Source: Octopus vulgaris
Lineage: Eukaryota
Assembly: GCA_951406725.2 (NCBI GenBank)
Contig: OX597831.1
Location: 59,086,001 to 59,150,000 of the forward strand
Length of the DNA stretch: 64,000 bases
Reading direction: 5' to 3'
Shown here: in pieces, positions 12,901 to 25,865 of the stretch
How the letters are laid out: the number at the start of each line of letters is the position of its first letter
How positions within the stretch are numbered: the stretch's first letter is position 1
Translations under genes and position numbers: made by a program
The notes under the pieces: generated by a model
What the model saw: only the letters and a program-made list of their open reading frames with translations
Database searches by the model: none
Told to the model about the DNA's origin: nothing

Positions 12901-14360
12901 CATATCTACCTACGTACCTACTTACCTTCCTACATATCTGCATACATATTTATTTAAATATGTTTGTATGTTTATATATATATATGTGTGTGTGTGTATA
13001 TACGCACAAATACACACACTCACACACATATATATACGAGGGCCTTCTGAAAAGTTCCGGGCTTCAATGGTGTTGCGAAAGTCCTGGTAGGAGGTCCAAT
13101 ATTCCGAGTTCTTTTACAGAATACAGTCATAAATGATCATTCTGTAATCTCTTTAATCCAAAACCAGGAACACTTCAGCAACTTCTTCTTTATATTGATG
13201 TTTCAAAGTCAATAACAGGTAAGTTAGTATAAAACGTGCGAATACTCGATGTTTTGGAAGCATATTAACAAGTGTGCACATTCACTTACCTTAACATCTT
13301 TGATTGGTGAGAAGCGACTTGAAAAGCTTCCCCTCGTATTGCTTGACCACTGATTGATCAGGAGCCACAAATACACAAAACATACATGTGAAAAGTGAAA
13401 CAAGCGAAACTACCGGAATGTACAACACCCTTTGTGTGAGAACAATCCCGTAGACACAAGCGTAACCACACAACATATATATATACTTACCGTTTCTGAA
13501 ACACTTCTTGCCAGAAGGATAATATCTAATTGAATTTCACCATAAATACAGTTTGCCTTGGATCAGGAAATCGATGAAACAGAAAGATGGAATTATCTCA
13601 GTGATCATCAAGAACCTGAGATGCGAAAATATTTGCTATCAAATGCGAGTTACCATATAATAAATATATGCAAAGTGTTGGGCATTGTGTGCCTCTCTAT
13701 ACACTACATCAGCACTTGATGCCAGAAATTCTATCTCATTTCTGTGCTTATCTCAGACATGGTCATATTTTCCCACAGACGGGCAACAAAAGGATTTGCG
13801 TATGTTAGACATGGCACAATGTTGCCACCGACGGGCAACAAAATGAATCTTTCTCTTGACTTTAAGGTTAGACAATGTTGCGACTCGAATGAGTTTTCTA
13901 GTTTGGGTCGCTACGTTATATGTAAAATGAATAATAGTGTCGCTGCTATTTGCATCTATGTTATGAGCTGATGTCTGTGGTGGACAATATTACCTGGATG
14001 CACATAAAGTTACCCGAATGCATATTTTTTCGTCATATTTCGAAACAGTCATAATACTTTCGTCACATTTCGAAACCGTTATCGTACGTAAATTTATGAT
14101 TTCACGTGTTGGCTGGATTACGAAGTAGTAGAAGCAATGCTAAAGAGAACCATCGTTAATTACAACTCTTCATCAAGCTATTACGAATTTATCTCTGACA
14201 ATACATGAACAGAAATCAAGCAATCCATTATGCCTTCTCTTCTAATAATTTGGCTTCCAGGATACGCAAACACAAAAGATAAGTACAATGAACATAATTT
14301 AGATATATATATATATGTGTTGTGCAAGATTGTTGATGTGAAATCGTGTGTTGAAACATA

Positions 14361-14585
14361 TATTGTTGTATATAGGAATGGTCATTTTGCCAGTTTAGCA
14401 AATACACATCAAGCAAAGGACCAGTGATGAGGTCACAGAAGTGTGACGAAAGAACTCTGGCCGAAATAAGATTAAGATTAATGTAAAAAAATAAATAACG
14501 CTGAAGCAAAGTAACACCAAATATATAGTACGTGTGTTTCTTTTTGGCTAAACTGGCAAAATGACCATTCCTAAATACAACAATA
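14361..14585. repeat. 42-bp inverted repeat enclosing a hammerhead-like motif
   Basis: 14361-14402 matches the reverse complement of 14544-14585 at 40/42 positions. The motif lies at 14418-14462. Confidence 0.85.
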
Positions 14586-14727
14586 ATTTAGGTATATCTG
14601 ACATGATAGACGGTATGTATGAATTACACTATAAATTTATCAATCCTGATTTAGGAAGAAATGAATAACTGAAATCCATATAAATCAACTTTACTGGGAG
14701 TAATGAAGAACAAATATATATATATAT

Positions 14728-15038
14728 ATCACCGTGATCACCGTGACCGACCAGGTTATCAGATGTTGCTACACATCGCTGGTCACAATGCGCTTCGCAT
14801 TGTTATAGCCTTCAAATGACGCCACCCCGCTGGCTAAGCAAGCAGGCCAACAGAAGAAAGAGCGAGAGAAAGTTATGGCGAAAGAGTACAGCAGGCATTT
14901 CCACCACCCCCTGCCGGAGCCGCGTGGAGCTTTAGGTGTTTTCGCTCAATAAACACTCACAACACCCGGTCTGGGAATCGAAACTGCGATCCTACAACGG
15001 CGAGTCTGCTGCCCTAGCCACTGGGCCATTGCGCCTCC
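14728..15038 (-). mobile_element. tRNA-derived SINE with RTE-derived 3' tail
   Basis: Head ggaggcgcaatggcccagtgg..gtttcgattccc matches 41016-41183. The tail resembles the RTE 3' end at 35784-35850. Confidence 0.85.
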
Positions 15039-15060
15039 ACACACACATACATACACACAT

Positions 15061-15113
<53 letters not shown>

Positions 15114-15143
15114 CATATATATATATACATATGTATACATGCA

Positions 15144-15275
15144 TATACATAAATATAAGAGGGAGCCACTATGTGGAAACGCTAGAAGATGATCCTCTAT
15201 GATCTCAACCACTAAGCGGATCTTCTTCTAGCGTAAGGGTTTCCACATAGTGGTTCCTTCTACTATTTATGTATA
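15144..15275. repeat. long fold-back (about 55-bp arms)
   Basis: ccactatgtggaaac..gctagaagatgatcc pairs with ggatcttcttctagc..gtttccacatagtgg. Confidence 0.85.
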
Positions 15276-15440
15276 AAATGCTATTTACTGAATCTCAGTT
15301 TTTTATGTGCTAGACCACTGGTGTTAAATTGATGTTATAAAATTAATATCCAATTTTGCACGCTCATTTTGATTTTAATTTATATATATATATACATATG
15401 TATATATACATACACACACACACACAGACACAGAAACACA

Positions 15441-15499
<59 letters not shown>

Positions 15500-18400
15500 G
15501 TATATAAAACTTTTAACATGGCCCCACATTGAAGTGTCTAACTAGTGTTCATATGCATTGTATAAAGCACTTCCAAAATAATCACAACATAAAACGTTCA
15601 CCGTCAAATAGACTTCGATAGTTATTATTTATTTATACGCTAAGATGACTTTTCACTAATTCAGTTATAAATTAATTTGTTCGTAACGTATAAAAGAATA
15701 CTGTATCGGTTTAACGAAATAATTCAAATCAGTTAAAGTTTAGTATACAACAAACATATTTTTATAATCAGTTATCTCCTGGCTGCAGATGTGCTTAAAA
15801 TTCAAGTTAACAGCCAGTTAGCTTTCATCTCACGTGATCTCGGTCATAGAAAGATTTAATTCATATATACAACCATTTCTATATAATCTTAACCGTAACA
15901 AATCTACTTTAAGTAAACTTCAAACATGATCTCATTGAATTGTACTCTGCTAATAATATATTTCGGAGATAATTGATTTTCCAAATATAAATTTAAGCAA
16001 ATCAAATTAATTGGGGACAATTTAACCGTAAAATTTGTTTATATAACCATGTATTTTTTTAATTATATTTACACGCATCATGTTGTAAATAAACGTTACA
16101 ATATAGAATTTCTCGTAGTTTTTTTCTGAATTTTGTCTGAACATTATCATCGGGTAATGATAATGTTCAAGCAACAAATCATTCAAACGTTTACTTCCGT
16201 CCTTTCCTATTATTTATGAAATTACGTAATATGCACAATAAAACGAAGGATTTTGGCGTGCCCCTCTTTAGAATCTCATACATATGATGCAAAAATATTT
16301 ACATTTATGCGAAATGTTTTTTAATTACATTATGTTAAACGAATACCGCTTCAAAATATTTCGATGATATACATATGAATAGCAGCAATCGACGTTTCCT
16401 TTACATCATTAAAACCACCGGCTGAATTCAACTGAGTTTCTATCTGTGTGTAATTAAGAAGCTTATTTCAGTAGTAATTGAATCTGGGTCTTTTTAGCAC
16501 CTGTCTCATATATGTCTAAATGAGGCCTATTGGGTTTCATACAAAGATATAGCAAATCTCTCTCTATATATAAGAAATTATTTTGTCTCCTAGTAATTGA
16601 TAATTCAGTTTGAACGCGATATGCAATACGATTACAGCATCATCAGTATGGTGCTAATGTCGATTAAAAGAATTATACGTTTAGGTATAATAAAGCAGAA
16701 TTACCATTTGCGGTTAAACAATTTGCCTAGTATCACTGAAATATGAAAAATGAGATACACCTCACCTTACCTAATGGGTTTTATGTGAAATAACTTATTG
16801 TGTAAGTCAAATTAAACGCATTTAACGTTTTGTATAGCAGCCAACGTAAACCGAGTTAACACATTATACAGACACACTCATCGTCGATCACTCCTTGATA
16901 ATACCACTTCCATATATTTAACATGTCATGAAACACATTTGAATGTTAATCCAAGTAAAAACAACCCTACATCATTCAAATGAATATCGATATTCATGTT
17001 ACTGTTTTAATGTAATATATAAAGTCGTTTCCGTTAAACTCTTGTACATTTTACAGAAGCTTGAATTAGTTATCCATGTCATTTATTTTTCCATACTACA
17101 GGACACGAAAATATACGGTATAGGAAATTAAAATGCCTTTTCAACTGAAATTTTTCTTCAAAAATCATGCTTAGAAGAAACGAATAATAGACTCTTTCCG
17201 TATGCATAATGTCACCTCTAATTCTTGCAAATGTTCTATATCGGATTTGAAGTGCAATTTCCATTGATTTTGAAATTTAAGATGCATGAGACACTATGAC
17301 TTCATGGAGAATATTCAAAACAACACTTAATAGAAAGAAAGAGGATAGTTTATCCTAATAGTTTATCAGTACTTTCTGAAAAAATCCGTGAGATTATTAT
17401 TTGTGTCCATTTGAATAAAAATATGTTTTCCATATCATTCGTTTAAATACAATTTCTGGAGAAGTCACTTTTGAGACGTTTCTAATATTACAAATAGAAC
17501 ATTATTTATGAAACAGATAAAACAATGAAAGAAATAATTCTTCCAGAAACGTAATATATTCATTATATATTTGCATGTGCATGTAGCATATTTAGAAATT
17601 TGTTGACGATTGAAGCGAATGATATTTTAAAATAGTTTCGTATATAGATTACGTTTCGAAATTTGTTTTGACTCTCGGGTTTACCTACGTCAGTTCGTCA
17701 ATTCCCAGCCATCCAAACGATACAAAGGTTTTAATTCTGTTCTAACCCTATGTGCTGCCGAATATAGTCAGTTGATTGACAGACGAGATACATGTGCAGT
17801 AATTGATTTATCCTTGTATGTGTGAGTTTGTCTTCCTACAATGGGTGGTTGAAGTGAGGAATAAACAAGGTGAGGCTCGTATTTGTTTTGTTTTATACAG
17901 TTTGATTCGTTGGGTCTTTTATAAATTTTATGGAAACTATTCGCCTAAAGGTTGTCAGGCATTGATTTTCAGACAACATTTCGGAAAATCTCAGGCTTAC
18001 ACTAGTGAAAAGATGTTGTATTATTGAAGGATGGTGGCTGCAATGTTCTATCAATATAATGCTTTTGCGTAGATGTGTTTGAAGTTCTGTGTAATAAATA
18101 AGATTAATATGGATCACTATGCCCAGCTACAAAACATGATTGGCGTTTTATCCAATTGATTATTTATCTGTATATTTATTCTCCTTTATAATGTTTCTTC
18201 ATTCACTTGTGCAGGTATATACAAGAGCACATATAAGCAGATAAAATAGGGAACAATTTAAGACTATCTGCGTTAAAGCTAGCTCCATTCCGTTTTCAGT
18301 AGTTTAAAGGCGAAGCGCGAATGAAACTTTTGATTAAACACCACGCATACAGAGAGCGAGAGAGAGAGCGAGAGAGAGAGAGAGAGTAAGAGAGAGAGAG

Positions 18401-19110
18401 TGAGAGAGTAAGAGAGTGAAAGTGAGAGAGTGCGATAAAGAGTGAGAGAAAAAAGAAAAAGAAAGATATGGAGACAGACAGAAATTGAGATAGAATGAAG
18501 GATGCAAGTATTTGCTACGATATTTTTCAGGGTTTTTTTCCATACACTCACATCAAAATGTCGATGTAATTTAATCATATCTCGACGTATTTGTTTACAA
18601 ACAGCCGTGCAATTTCAGTTTAATAATACGCACACGCGCGCGCCAGCATACACACAAGGGTTTGTTATTTGACAGTCAGTCTGTCATATATCTATGGGAC
18701 AATCGATCTATTTCTTTACCTATTCATAGAAACACACATATACTTCCATTCACATTGAGACGTTATTACCTACCTACTCATGAAATTTTGATTGTGTCAT
18801 TTTCGCAAATAATTAGAGAGAAGTATATGCAACACAATTTGGTTTTAGTTTTCATATATTGTTTCATCGCGGACACGATGAAAGTCGGCGGTAAATTATT
18901 CAGCACGAAGTTTCTCTTACCAGTCGAGAAAATGTGTGAATATATGATTTCATGATTGATGCTCAGTTACTCTACTTGGTTATTTGAGATTTGTTGGATT
19001 ATTGAATTTTTCATTTGATCTAGTGGACAGTAATATACAAAAAATATTTTATTGATATATTAACAAAAAATATTCTTGATATTGAAGGCATTTGTTCCTG
19101 ATTTTGCACT

Positions 19111-19145
<35 letters not shown>

Positions 19146-19180
19146 CCCTTCTCAGTGTTTCACCCTCTCTCTATAAATAT

Positions 19181-19545
19181 GGCGTGGCTATATGGTACGA
19201 AGTTTACTTCCCAACCTCAATGTTCCGTGTACAGTCCAACTGGTTGACATTTGAGTGGATTTGTTGGACGGAAACTAAAAGGTTGTCGTGTATATATATG
19301 ATGTAGAAATATGCATTTGTGTGTGTGTGTGTCTGTGTGCATATGTCTGTATGTTTGAATATTTTTGTGTCTGTGCTTGTCCAACACTACCGCTGCACAA
19401 TTGGTGTTCATATGTTTCTTTACTTAGCGCTTCGACTTCAAAGGAGAAGTACTGAGACGTCAATTCGTCCGACGAAAATTCTTTTCAAGGCAGTGCCCGG
19501 GGATGGCTGCAGACTTAGAACAGTAAAGAGTATAAGATATAAATG
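19181..19545 (+). mobile_element. tRNA-derived SINE with internal microsatellite, diverged copy
   Basis: Collinear similarity to 62783-63282 (gagtggatttgttggacggaaactaaaag). Confidence 0.65.
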
Positions 19546-19591
19546 ATAGGAAGTCTTATATACGTATGAGTCTCTCCATATTATATGTGAA

Positions 19592-19629
<38 letters not shown>

Positions 19630-20092
19630 TGTGTGTGTGTGTGTCTCTGTGTGTGTCTGTGCCTGTGTGTATAATGGATAATTAAGGGTACTACAGATAC
19701 CACCGGCATAAGACAAATACAACCAGAAATTTTCACAGATACACATTAATTGAAGTCGGGGGAATGAACAGAAATCCTAAGGCCCCGTACCAATGACGAA
19801 AATAATCGTAAATTGAAAAGCCGGACATACCCGAATCGCCACGATTTCGAACTTTGTGGAAGAGCCACATAGGTCCCGTCAACGACTCTCACTGTCATAG
19901 AACTTGCCCATGACAACAAATATGCGCGATGACCGTTTTTAATGCCGCGGCAAATTTTAAAATGTGATCGGAGGGAATAATAAATTATAAAAAAATATAT
20001 ATATAAGGATATTATTGTTTACAATAATATCAAGTGGCGCTCATTCCTCTGACTTAAATTAATGCGTATGACTGACAATTTGTGGTTGTAGT

Positions 20093-20140
<48 letters not shown>

Positions 20141-20847
20141 GAAACAACCACATTTTATCAGTTCAAAATGAACAATTAAATTACACCATCTAGAAAATTA
20201 CATATAATGGAAATATTAAAATTAAAATAACATTAAAATATCAATGATTCAGTAAATTGCCAAAACAAATAATAAAACCGTATATAATTGGTAGAATAAC
20301 GACACGTGTTTCGTGGCTATATTTAAGAAATGATTATAGTAGTAGTAAAATCACTTCGAACTCATATACCACCAACATAATATCTTAAATTCAGAACGCG
20401 TCTGCTATAGGTAACATTTCTTAAACTCATAAGAATTATTGACTAAATTACCATTCATATCACAAATTAAATTCCGCACTTTGAATTTACTTTTAAATAT
20501 GTATTCATAGGATTAACTAGTATATGCGTTTCCTGCACTCTGTATCCGATCATTTCAGATATGTAAACACACCCGTGATTTTCTTAGGCTATTTGTTTAT
20601 TTCTCTGTGGACCTTTCCTTTTTCTCCTTTCTGACTAAGAAAGGAATCAATATTCTCCAAATGTAATACATTCCAATTTTCTTCCATGTTAACGTAATAT
20701 AGTCTCATCATTTTGACTTATGTTGTTTTACTGTTTATTTTCGATGTGTCTCATCATATATACATACATACTTAACTACATAAAAGCAAACATACCTACC
20801 TACCTAGCTACCTACCTACCTACCTACATACATACATACATACATAA

Positions 20848-20878
<31 letters not shown>

Positions 20879-21005
20879 CATACATATGTATATATATTTA
20901 TTTGCGTATACATATATGTATATACATTGATTGACAGATAGATAAATACATATATGCACACATACACACATATCTACATACACACATACACATACACGCG
21001 CGCGG

Positions 21006-21036
<31 letters not shown>

Positions 21037-24000
21037 AACACACACACACATATTCCAAACACATACAAGCCCTCAGAAGCAAGCCATAATATTCACCTAG
21101 CCGCTAGAAATAGAATAGCTTATCCTTCCAATTTAAGACAGAGGGTATGGTCGCGTTGGTTTAGTGTTTCGCAAGTAAAAGACACTACATTCGCGACGGC
21201 TGTATTAGATCTAAGAACAGGATGATTTTTCTCAAATATATTAAGTCCTATGAATGTGGATCAACCGAGAGTCTGATTTTCCTTTAAAGTAATTTCTTAC
21301 CTGCCACGCAGAAATTAGTTCTTGAATGGCAACAAACTATGAAATGAAGTATTCTGATTATATGTAAATGCCCAATTTCGAAAAATGCGAATCCATTACA
21401 TTTTGAAATGTAAAATGGTTATATAAACGTTAAAACTAAAATTACATTTTGTAACTTATCTGCTGCACTGATCACGCTGTCTGCTTAGGTATTTCATGGT
21501 CCTTTAAAGCGTAGCAATATTTTTTATTTTATATCTTTCTCTAACCACTATATCTTGAATTCAATGCATAGAGTAACATTTTATAGATGTATTTGATAAA
21601 TTTGGGGATTAATCTATTTGAAGAAATACTTTGGGAATAACATCTTGAGATAATGGAATAAATTGAAGTTATTAAAGAATATTCAGTTATGTTACTCATA
21701 GAAATCAATAACATATTTTCAGCACAGTTGAGTGTGTCTGCGTGTGTGTATGTATGGGTGTATATGTGTGTGTGTGTTTGTCTATGGTAACATGCTTTCT
21801 CGCTATAAATGGTAATCAATGGATGTCCAAATAGTTTTCTATTTAATCTGCTTCTCAGCAAACGTACGTTCCGGTTCAACGCCAAGGTTCGATTCTTTGG
21901 TCTTGCGTCTTCTTCCATCGGACGAAATCTTGTGTGTTAAATCAAATTTTACCATTTATTTACATGAACGTTAGATATGGTGTCTGGTTTGTTATATATG
22001 TGTGAATAAAGTATGAATCGATTCATACATGTACGATTGATAAAACTGCTTATAGCACCGCTGAAACTCTTGGATCAAATTCGCAAATATCTCATATTAA
22101 ATTATGCGTGGCACTACTGAAATTCCTGAAATGCAGATAATTGATTCCAATGCTTATTACTCAGGAACACACATAACAAGAAGTCTCAAGTTATCTGTTT
22201 GTGTTGAAGTAATATAAAGACAATACATACTGAGGGGAGTAGAATTGATTCCTTTTGTACAAGGCACTTTAAGATATGTTTATTAAACTAAAATATGCAG
22301 GTTAATGTATGTTTTAGCAACGCGCGCTTTACTGGTATTTTTGCAAACAGCATGCCCCCCTAATTAAGGTGCCATTATATAAATGAATAGATATAGTTCC
22401 TCTCATTGAGGATATTTTATCAGAATTACTTGTAAACAACTTCATCTCACTCTGAGTGTTCGCAGTTTTCAGAAATAATTTCTCTTTATAATCCCCAAAA
22501 TATCTCAGTAGTTTAAGGTATGAAGAAATATCTAATCCCATAGTTGTAACATTTTTATTAATTTTAGATACACCTAGAACATTTAATAAAATATAGCTGC
22601 AAACCTTGTACAAAAATACAAATGAACATTATATCTTTTAAAAATATTTCAACTCTTTCTACTAACAATCAGTCATAACTAAGAATTTATCGAAAATGTA
22701 TCGACTCAATGGAAACTTTCAAGATGAAACCATTTTATAAATTAGTCGATGTAATATTTCGAACGATATACCTTCTAACGCTAAACGTTAGATCACAAAT
22801 ATATTGAAAACAGTTCAACAAAACGTATTTGTCTCATGATTTAGATGGTCTATATCATTCAAGGTTTACTGACTACCTTTACTTGAATGTGAGGTATTAG
22901 CAATATATTTTGAGGACGCCAGGCGTATACTCATCATCGCAAGTTACTTCCCTTCAGGCTATCAGTGATTATTGAAGAGCTTGGTCAATATTGTTAGAAC
23001 GCAAAGAACCAACATACGCTTTTAGCAAAACCATCATCCTAGTTTGAAAGTTTTATCGACCTCGAAAAGGGGAGAGAATGCAGAAAAATAAACAAAATGC
23101 AGATAAATAAAGATGACGAAGAAATCTGCCCAAAGCATTAACAACCTTGTCAGTTGACTGCCTTATCATCAAGTAAATAACAAATAAAATTCAATGACAA
23201 CACAGATTTATAGCCAACTATAACCCGGTAACGCGATATAGCTGCCGTTACGTCATATATTATACACACGTGTAACTTAAAAAATATAGATTCTTTCTCC
23301 GTCTCTCTCTCTCTCTCTCACTCACAGAACATACACGCACATACAAACACACACACACTCACTCACACACACACACACAAGCACGCATACATTCCACAGA
23401 CAAGTATGGAAATGTAATCACATTTTCATCTTGGAATCTTTAGGTCTATGTTTATGTACAGGGCGCTTTTATATATTTTATATGTATTATGGGGGTAAAA
23501 ATAGTCAAACACTCCAGAGAATATATTCTGAATTACTGCACGTCTACAGAACCTCCTCACAAAACATATTATTCGCTTAAGGTTTTGCTTCCTTTACTCA
23601 AATTAAAGGAAACTGGAAGTAATTAACATTTTTTGTTCAGGTCCTTCAGGTTCTCACCAATAAATATTTATCTAAATTTATATCATTGGCTCAAATGAGC
23701 TGTTTCCATTTTATTATTTCATAAACTCTATGAAGAATCTGCTTTAAACTGATATTTGATATTTCAATAAATATATAATGAAATATATATTAACGTGCTT
23801 CGTTCTTCGTAAAGATATAATATTTCCTGCAAATTGTCTTCATATGTTTATTGAAGGTCCAGACCTAGGAAAATTCAATATACATAAATTTGTTTTGCAT
23901 TAGTGAGAGGAAAAGTAGTGTACACTACTTACAACGCGTGTGGAAAAAAATACTTATATAAGAAAATTTTGATAGGCCATTACTATACTCGTGATAACAA

Positions 24001-24519
24001 TGAGATATTTCCGAACAAATAAGTAGGCATGAAATTGAAACAAAATATTGATCAAACAACAGGCATTAGGTTAACAGTTGAAACATAGAAAATTCATTAT
24101 AAGGTGATAGAGTGTCTTCGGGGTTTCAACTTATAACACAACTAATCCAAACTCGTTAATTAGTAGCATAATAAATTCATTCCTGACAATCCATGTCAAT
24201 AATCTATACATGCAATCTACTCTCATAAACATATAAAGCATCATCATAACCGATGCATTTATTTACAAGAGGCAACACGGCTTGCTGATTTCATTCAAGA
24301 AGGAAGAATGGAATACATACTGTTAATTGTTAAGTATTCATTCATTTTTTTCATAACGCAAATTTTGTGTGTTAATTTTGTGAGTATTACAAGTATCTGT
24401 CGTTCTTTCTTTTTTCATATTCCATAGTACAGCATTTCTGAAGTTGAGGGTGACGTTGAGTGTCAGTTCTTGGGTTTACCTCGGGGCTATTACAAAAGTA
24501 CACTGGTGAACTACCCTAT

Positions 24520-25100
24520 ATGCGACTCTAAAATATGCCTGCCTACATACATAGTATATCAAATGCCATGATCCAAATGTAACAACAGCTTCATCGGGAG
24601 CGAGGTTCGAACACTCAACTTCGAAATGGAGGAGCACCTCCATCCTGACGCGTCTTCCCTACGCAAACGCTTAACCAAATGTGCCAACACCACCAAAGAG
24701 ATACACAAACGCCTTCATACTGCTCTCGGATATGAAAACAGGAAATCTTTACATCAAGGAGGATATATATATTGATTCATCTCCTCAACCTGAAAATTAA
24801 CAGTCGCTCAGAAATGGGCCGGCGACTCCTATGTATACATTACGTCACGAACAGCATCTTCTAGTGCCGATACTTGGAAACTCGCCACAATAAACAAAAG
24901 GTGGAGAGTCACTTGCACCAATAGCTGCTAAGTTGCTGCTGCAGCTACGTCAAGCGATGAGCAGTTTAATATAAAGAAACGAAATGACTGTAAGCAGGCA
25001 TTTCTTTGACTTCGTCCTACTGAGGATAGACGTTTGCACCTGAAAAATGAAGCTTTCGTAAAACTTCCTGCATTGTTAAAAGCTCTATTTTCTTTTTCTG
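24520..25100 (+). mobile_element. Penelope-like element 3' fragment (GIY-YIG pseudogene)
   Basis: IVYQMP*SKCNNSFIGSEVRTLNFEMEEHL..SSLRKRLTKC..KINSRSE. CTGAGGA..GAAA occurs at 25020-25045 in the 3' region. Confidence 0.65.
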
Positions 25101-25174
25101 TTTTACACACACACACACATGCGCACACTCGCAAAAAAACACAGAGATGCACAAACACACAGACGCACACACAT

Positions 25175-25340
25175 ATAGGTGCAGGCGTGGCTTTCTTGTA
25201 AGAGGCTTGCTAGCCAACAGTATGGCTCGGGGTTCAGTTCTGTAGCAAGGCATCTTCAGCAGGTGCCTTCTACTAAAGTCTCGGGCTGACCAAATCCTTG
25301 TGAATAGATTTGGTAGGCGAGAACAGAATGAAACACGTCA
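25175..25340 (+). mobile_element. tRNA-derived SINE, 5' part
   Basis: Similar to the head of 62783-63282. Confidence 0.7.
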
Positions 25341-25410
25341 CATACACACTTATATATACCTTCGGTACAAGTTCGTAAGTCAAATAAAGAGTATACCCCA
25401 TAAAAAATAG

Positions 25411-25865
25411 AGCCTCATAGGCTTTTACATTCTGGACACTTTGGGTAATAAATTCCCCGCTGCCCACACCAGTTTATATAGAGATAATGCCTGAGTCATC
25501 TCCGGAGGCGCCAACGGGCATATATTAGATAGGCTTATAAAAGATATCATATACACCCCCAACAACATTTGCCTGAAAATCATCATAGAGACTAACCTCA
25601 CCGTGGTGAACTTCTTGGATATCCCGCTTGATTTAGAGAGTAGCACCTACAGACCTAATGATAGACCATCCTACATCAAGACAAACTCCTACCACCTAAA
25701 CTTACTGTTCAAAAACCTAATGAAAAGTATCAGTAAACGGATTTCGAATACATCTTCAAATAAAGATATTTTCGACACAGCGGCTCCCGCTTACAAGGAG
25801 GCGTTGGCGTCCAGCGGGATCGATGACCATATGATATATGCACCAGGATCAAGCAACCATGAAAT
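25411..25865 (+). pseudogene. Penelope-like reverse transcriptase fragment
   Basis: LIGFYILDTL..LYRDNA* (YRDD-like) ..LKIIIETNLTVVNFLDIPLDL..YRP..SISKRISNTSSNKDIFDTAAPAYKEALASSG, typical of a PLE RT C-terminus. Confidence 0.85.

Noticed and set aside
13037-13336. Possible mariner MITE (TA|cgaggg..ccctcg|TA)
   Set aside because: Only about 6 terminal bases match between the ends, so they could belong to unrelated elements.
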